DNA from: Alphaproteobacteria bacterium
GTDB lineage: Bacteria > Pseudomonadota > Alphaproteobacteria > JAAXGF01
Assembly (NCBI GenBank): GCA_963555825.3
Contig: CAUVXB020000001.1
Location: forward strand, 96,001-160,000
Direction of reading: 5' to 3'
Length of the DNA stretch: 64,000 nt
Position 1 is the first letter of the stretch, and every line of letters begins with the position of its first letter. Positions 60,705 through 64,000 of this stretch are shown in pieces. The translations under genes were made by a program, and so were the position numbers. The notes under the pieces were generated by a model. It was not told where the DNA came from, did not search any database, and saw nothing but the letters and a program-made list of their open reading frames with translations.

Positions 60705-61502
60705 ATGACTGACGACGGCGGAATCCACGTGCAGCCGCTCGAAAGCACGGTCGCCGTGCTGACCGGGGGCACTTCCGGCATGGGCTTGGAAAGCGCGGCG
60801 CAGCTCGCCGAGGCCGGCGTTCCGGCGATCGTCGTCAACGGCCGCGACGCCGCGCGCGGCGCGGCGGCCGTCGAGGCGGTTCGCGCCCGGGCGCCCGGCG
60901 CCGACGTTCGGTTCATCGCCGCCGACGTGACCGACGCGCGGCAAGCCGCGGCGCTGGTCGAGCAAGCCGTTGCCGAATTCGGCCGCCTCGACCTGCTGGT
61001 CAACGCGGCGGGCGGCGACTTTCCGCCCAAGCTGTTCCACCAGACCGACGCCGGGGAATTTGCGCCGTTGCTCAGCCATATCATGATGGGCGCGCTCTAT
61101 TGCAGCCGCGCGGCGTTGCCGGCGATGACGCGGCAGCGCGGCGGCGCGATCGTCAACATCGCCTCCGACGCGGCCAAGGTGGCGACGCCGGGCGAGGCGG
61201 TGATCGGCGCGGCCATGGCGGGCCTCGCCATGTTCACCCGGACGCTCGCCATCGAGGCCAAGCGCATCGGCGTCCGCGTCAACTGTCTGACGCCGTCGAT
61301 CGTCGGCGGCACCCGGTCGTATGACATGCTGATGGCCGACGCCTTCAGCGCCCGGCTGTTCGACAAGGCCATCAAGGCGGCGCGCCTCGGCGTCGTGACG
61401 CCGGCCGATATCGCACCGATGATCGTCTATCTGGCATCGCCCGCGGCGGCGCGGCTGACCGGCCAGACGATCAGCATCAATGGCGGCATCTCGGCCGGCT
61501 GA
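60705..61502 (+). CDS. SDR oxidoreductase (atypical, no YxxxK)
   Basis: TGGTSGMG, VNAAG, NIASDAAK; EAVIGAAM replaces YxxxK. Confidence 0.85.
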   Translation: MTDDGGIHVQPLESTVAVLTGGTSGMGLESAAQLAEAGVPAIVVNGRDAARGAAAVEAVRARAPGADVRFIAADVTDARQAAALVEQAVAEFGRLDLLVNAAGGDFPPKLFHQTDAGEFAPLLSHIMMGALYCSRAALPAMTRQRGGAIVNIASDAAKVATPGEAVIGAAMAGLAMFTRTLAIEAKRIGVRVNCLTPSIVGGTRSYDMLMADAFSARLFDKAIKAARLGVVTPADIAPMIVYLASPAAARLTGQTISINGGISAG

Positions 61503-61505
61503 GCG

Positions 61506-62702
61506 ATGGCCGCGCATCATACAGGCGGCGCGCGCGAGGTCTTCGCGGCGTTCCTCAAGCTGGGGCTGACCTCGTTCGGTGGTCCGGTCGCCCATATCGG
61601 TTACTTTCGTGAGGAATTCGTCGACCGGCGCGGTTGGCTCGACGATCGTGACTACGCCGATATGGTGGCGCTCAGCCAGTTCCTGCCCGGCCCGGCGAGC
61701 AGCCAAGTCGGCATGGCGATCGGCGCGGCGCGCGCCGGGCTGGCCGGTGCATTCGCCGCCTGGCTCGGTTTTACGCTGCCTTCGGCGATCGCCATGGTGC
61801 TGTTCGCGATCGGCGTCACGCGTTTCGCCGGCGGCGCCGACGCCGGCTGGCTCGATGGCCTCAAGGTGGTCGCCGTCGCGGTCGTCGCGCGCGCCGTCTG
61901 GTCCATGGCCCGGAGCCTGTGTCCCGACCGGCCGCGCGCCGCGCTCGCGGTCGGCGCCGCGCTCGTCGTGCTCGCCTGGCCGGGCACGCCGGGCCAGCTC
62001 CTCGCCATCCTCGGCGGCGGCCTGATCGGCTGGGCGTGGCTGCGTGGCGCGCAGGAGGCGGTGCCGTCGACGCTCGGCATCGTGCTCGATCGGCGCGTAT
62101 CCATCACGTTCCTCGTCCTGTTCGTCGTGCTGCTGATCGCCTTGCCGGTCGCGGCGAGCCTGTGGTCGAACCAATCGTTGGCGCTGACCGACAGCTTCTA
62201 CCGCTCGGGCGCGCTGGTGTTCGGCGGCGGCCACGTCATCCTGCCCTTGCTGCAGGCCGAGGTCGTGCCGCCCGGCCTGATCGACCGCGACGGCTTTCTG
62301 GCCGGTTACGGCGCGGCGCAGGCGGTGCCCGGGCCGCTGTTCACATTCTCGGCCTATCTCGGCGCAATGATCGATCCGCGCGCCGGTGGCTGGCCGATGG
62401 CGGCGCTGTGCCTGATCGCCGCCTTCCTGCCCTCGTTCCTGCTCGTCGTCGGTGCGCTACCGTTCTGGGAAGTGTTGCGCCGCCACGCCGCCGTGCAGTC
62501 GGCCATGCGTGGCGTCAACGCCGCGGTCGTCGGACTGTTGCTCGCCGCGCTCTACGATCCGGTGTGGACCGGCGCAATCCACGGGCCGGGCGATTTCGCG
62601 CTCGCCATCGCCGCCTTCGCGCTGCTCGCGCTGGCCAAGTTGCCGCCCTGGCTGGTCGTCATCGGCTGCGGGCTGGCCGGCGCCGTGATCGCGGCGGCTT
62701 GA
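61506..62702 (+). CDS. chrA: Chromate efflux transporter
   Basis: LGLTSFGGPVAH, QFLPGPASSQ, VFGGGHV, AQAVPGP. Confidence 0.93.
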   Translation: MAAHHTGGAREVFAAFLKLGLTSFGGPVAHIGYFREEFVDRRGWLDDRDYADMVALSQFLPGPASSQVGMAIGAARAGLAGAFAAWLGFTLPSAIAMVLFAIGVTRFAGGADAGWLDGLKVVAVAVVARAVWSMARSLCPDRPRAALAVGAALVVLAWPGTPGQLLAILGGGLIGWAWLRGAQEAVPSTLGIVLDRRVSITFLVLFVVLLIALPVAASLWSNQSLALTDSFYRSGALVFGGGHVILPLLQAEVVPPGLIDRDGFLAGYGAAQAVPGPLFTFSAYLGAMIDPRAGGWPMAALCLIAAFLPSFLLVVGALPFWEVLRRHAAVQSAMRGVNAAVVGLLLAALYDPVWTGAIHGPGDFALAIAAFALLALAKLPPWLVVIGCGLAGAVIAAA

Positions 62703-62745
62703 CGCCGGCTGGCCGCGCGGTCCAGGATTCGGGCAACAGAGTTAA

Positions 62746-63025
62746 TACCAAGGAGCAGTGATAAAGGCCCCTAGAGATCGCGTCCGCTTTTCGCCGGTGA
62801 GGTAAGGGAGCCGCGGGCGATGCAGCGCATCGGCTAGGCAACCTGGCGCCCTCCGGCGATAAGCGGCCGCGACCCGAAGGGCGGCTTCCCGAGGCTCTCG
62901 CCCGCTATCAGACTGGCGGACGTCGTTGCACCCGTCTTGCGATGCGCTGCATCGCCGCAACGGGCGCGCCTAGCCGAGAACCACGGGAAGCCGTCTCTAT
63001 GGGCCTTTATCACTGTTCCTTGGTA
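62746..63025. mobile_element. MITE family B, copy 2 (280 bp)
   Basis: TAA|TACCAAGGAGCAGTGATAAAG...CTTTATCACTGTTCCTTGGTA|TAA; carries an 18-bp insert relative to copy 1. Confidence 0.85.
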
Positions 63026-63055
63026 TAAGTCACGACGATCGCGGAGGTATGCGCC

Positions 63056-63409
63056 ATGGACGCGCCGGTTCTTTACATGGTCAAGGTCTGGGTCTCGCCC
63101 GACGGCGGCAGTGGCTACCTGCGCTGGCTCGAGCACAAGCACATGGCCGAGGTGATCGCCGAGCCCGGCTTCCTATGGGCCCGCAAGGTTCATCTCGATC
63201 AGGTCGACGACAAGGGCTGGGAAGGCTATCTGCTGATCTACGGACTCGAATCGCGCGATGCGTTAGAGGCCTATCTGAAGAGCGACGCGCGCGAGCGGTT
63301 CTGGCATGAGCTCGAACCGCTCAACGCGGTGCACCGCGCCGAGCGTTTCCATGGATCGGTCGACTTCGCCATCGAAAGCGAATCCGAGGCGCCGCCGATC
63401 CAGCTCTGA
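63056..63409 (+). CDS. DUF4286/EthD-like dimeric alpha-beta barrel protein
   Basis: WLEHKHMAEVIAEPGF, YGLESRDALEAYL; GGAGG RBS. Confidence 0.7.
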   Translation: MDAPVLYMVKVWVSPDGGSGYLRWLEHKHMAEVIAEPGFLWARKVHLDQVDDKGWEGYLLIYGLESRDALEAYLKSDARERFWHELEPLNAVHRAERFHGSVDFAIESESEAPPIQL

Positions 63410-63525
63410 CGCTACACACGGGCGTGAACGGGCCGTTCGAGGGGTTGTTTCACCGTCGGCGAGCGACCATCATGTAGTTCGACCAGTGGGGATGGTCAGA
63501 CGTGAAACCAACGGGCGGTCGCACG

Positions 63526-64000
63526 ATGCCTTCGATTTTTCGCAAATTCATCCCTTTGATGGCGGTATTCGCCGTGGCGGCGATCGGATCGCCGGCCGGC
63601 GCGGCGCCCAAGGCCGAGCTGTGGGAGCGCTGGACGGCGCATGACCCGGCGGCGACCGCGACCATCGACCACGGCAGGTGGGAGCGCTTCGTCAAGACTT
63701 ACGTCACGGCCAGCCCCGACGGCGTCAAGCGGCTGGCGTACTCGCGCGTCAGCGCCGCCGATCGCGCCGCGCTCGACGACTACATCGACAGGCTCGCCGC
63801 GTTCGAAATCAGCCGCTACGGCCGCGACGAGCAGCTCGCGTACTGGATCAACCTATACAACGCGCTCACCATCGCGGTCGTGCTCGACCATTATCCGGTC
63901 AAGAGCATCCTCGACATCGCCATCTCGCCCGGCCTGTTCTCGATCGGGCCGTGGGGCAAGAAGCTGGTCACGGTCGATGGCGAGGCGCTCAGCCTCGACG
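63526..64000 (+). CDS. DUF547 exported protein (runs off window)
   Basis: Signal peptide, IDHGRW, QLAYWINLYNALTI, YPVKSI. Confidence 0.85.
   Translation, partial: MPSIFRKFIPLMAVFAVAAIGSPAGAAPKAELWERWTAHDPAATATIDHGRWERFVKTYVTASPDGVKRLAYSRVSAADRAALDDYIDRLAAFEISRYGRDEQLAYWINLYNALTIAVVLDHYPVKSILDIAISPGLFSIGPWGKKLVTVDGEALSLD

Overview
High-GC alphaproteobacterial chromosome segment; the gene order rplM-rpsI-argC and phaC/hom-glpX-recJ-tRNA-Glu suggests a Rhodospirillales-like host. Housekeeping and amine/aminophosphonate catabolic genes are interspersed with accessory DNA. The main accessory features are: (1) a lower-GC three-gene cassette at 21.1-25.6 kb encoding an exported alpha-dioxygenase-like heme enzyme, a catalase-fold lipoprotein whose distal His appears replaced by Gln, and a small unknown protein, which is a candidate undescribed extracytoplasmic oxylipin pathway; (2) a ~10 kb island between convergent tRNA-Glu and tRNA-Leu containing six IS copies, some nested, whose removal restores a secreted HET-C/VWA7-like gene; (3) an IS3-like element present twice with unusually long 14-15 bp target duplications; (4) two intergenic repeat families: a four-hairpin ~120 bp element (4 copies, compensatory base changes) and a ~270 bp MITE (2 copies) with the same end/target signature as a local IS630; (5) three further clean IS insertions at 54-60 kb, plus one frameshifted and one nonsense-interrupted gene. 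All family assignments come from reading motifs by eye; no database searches were run.
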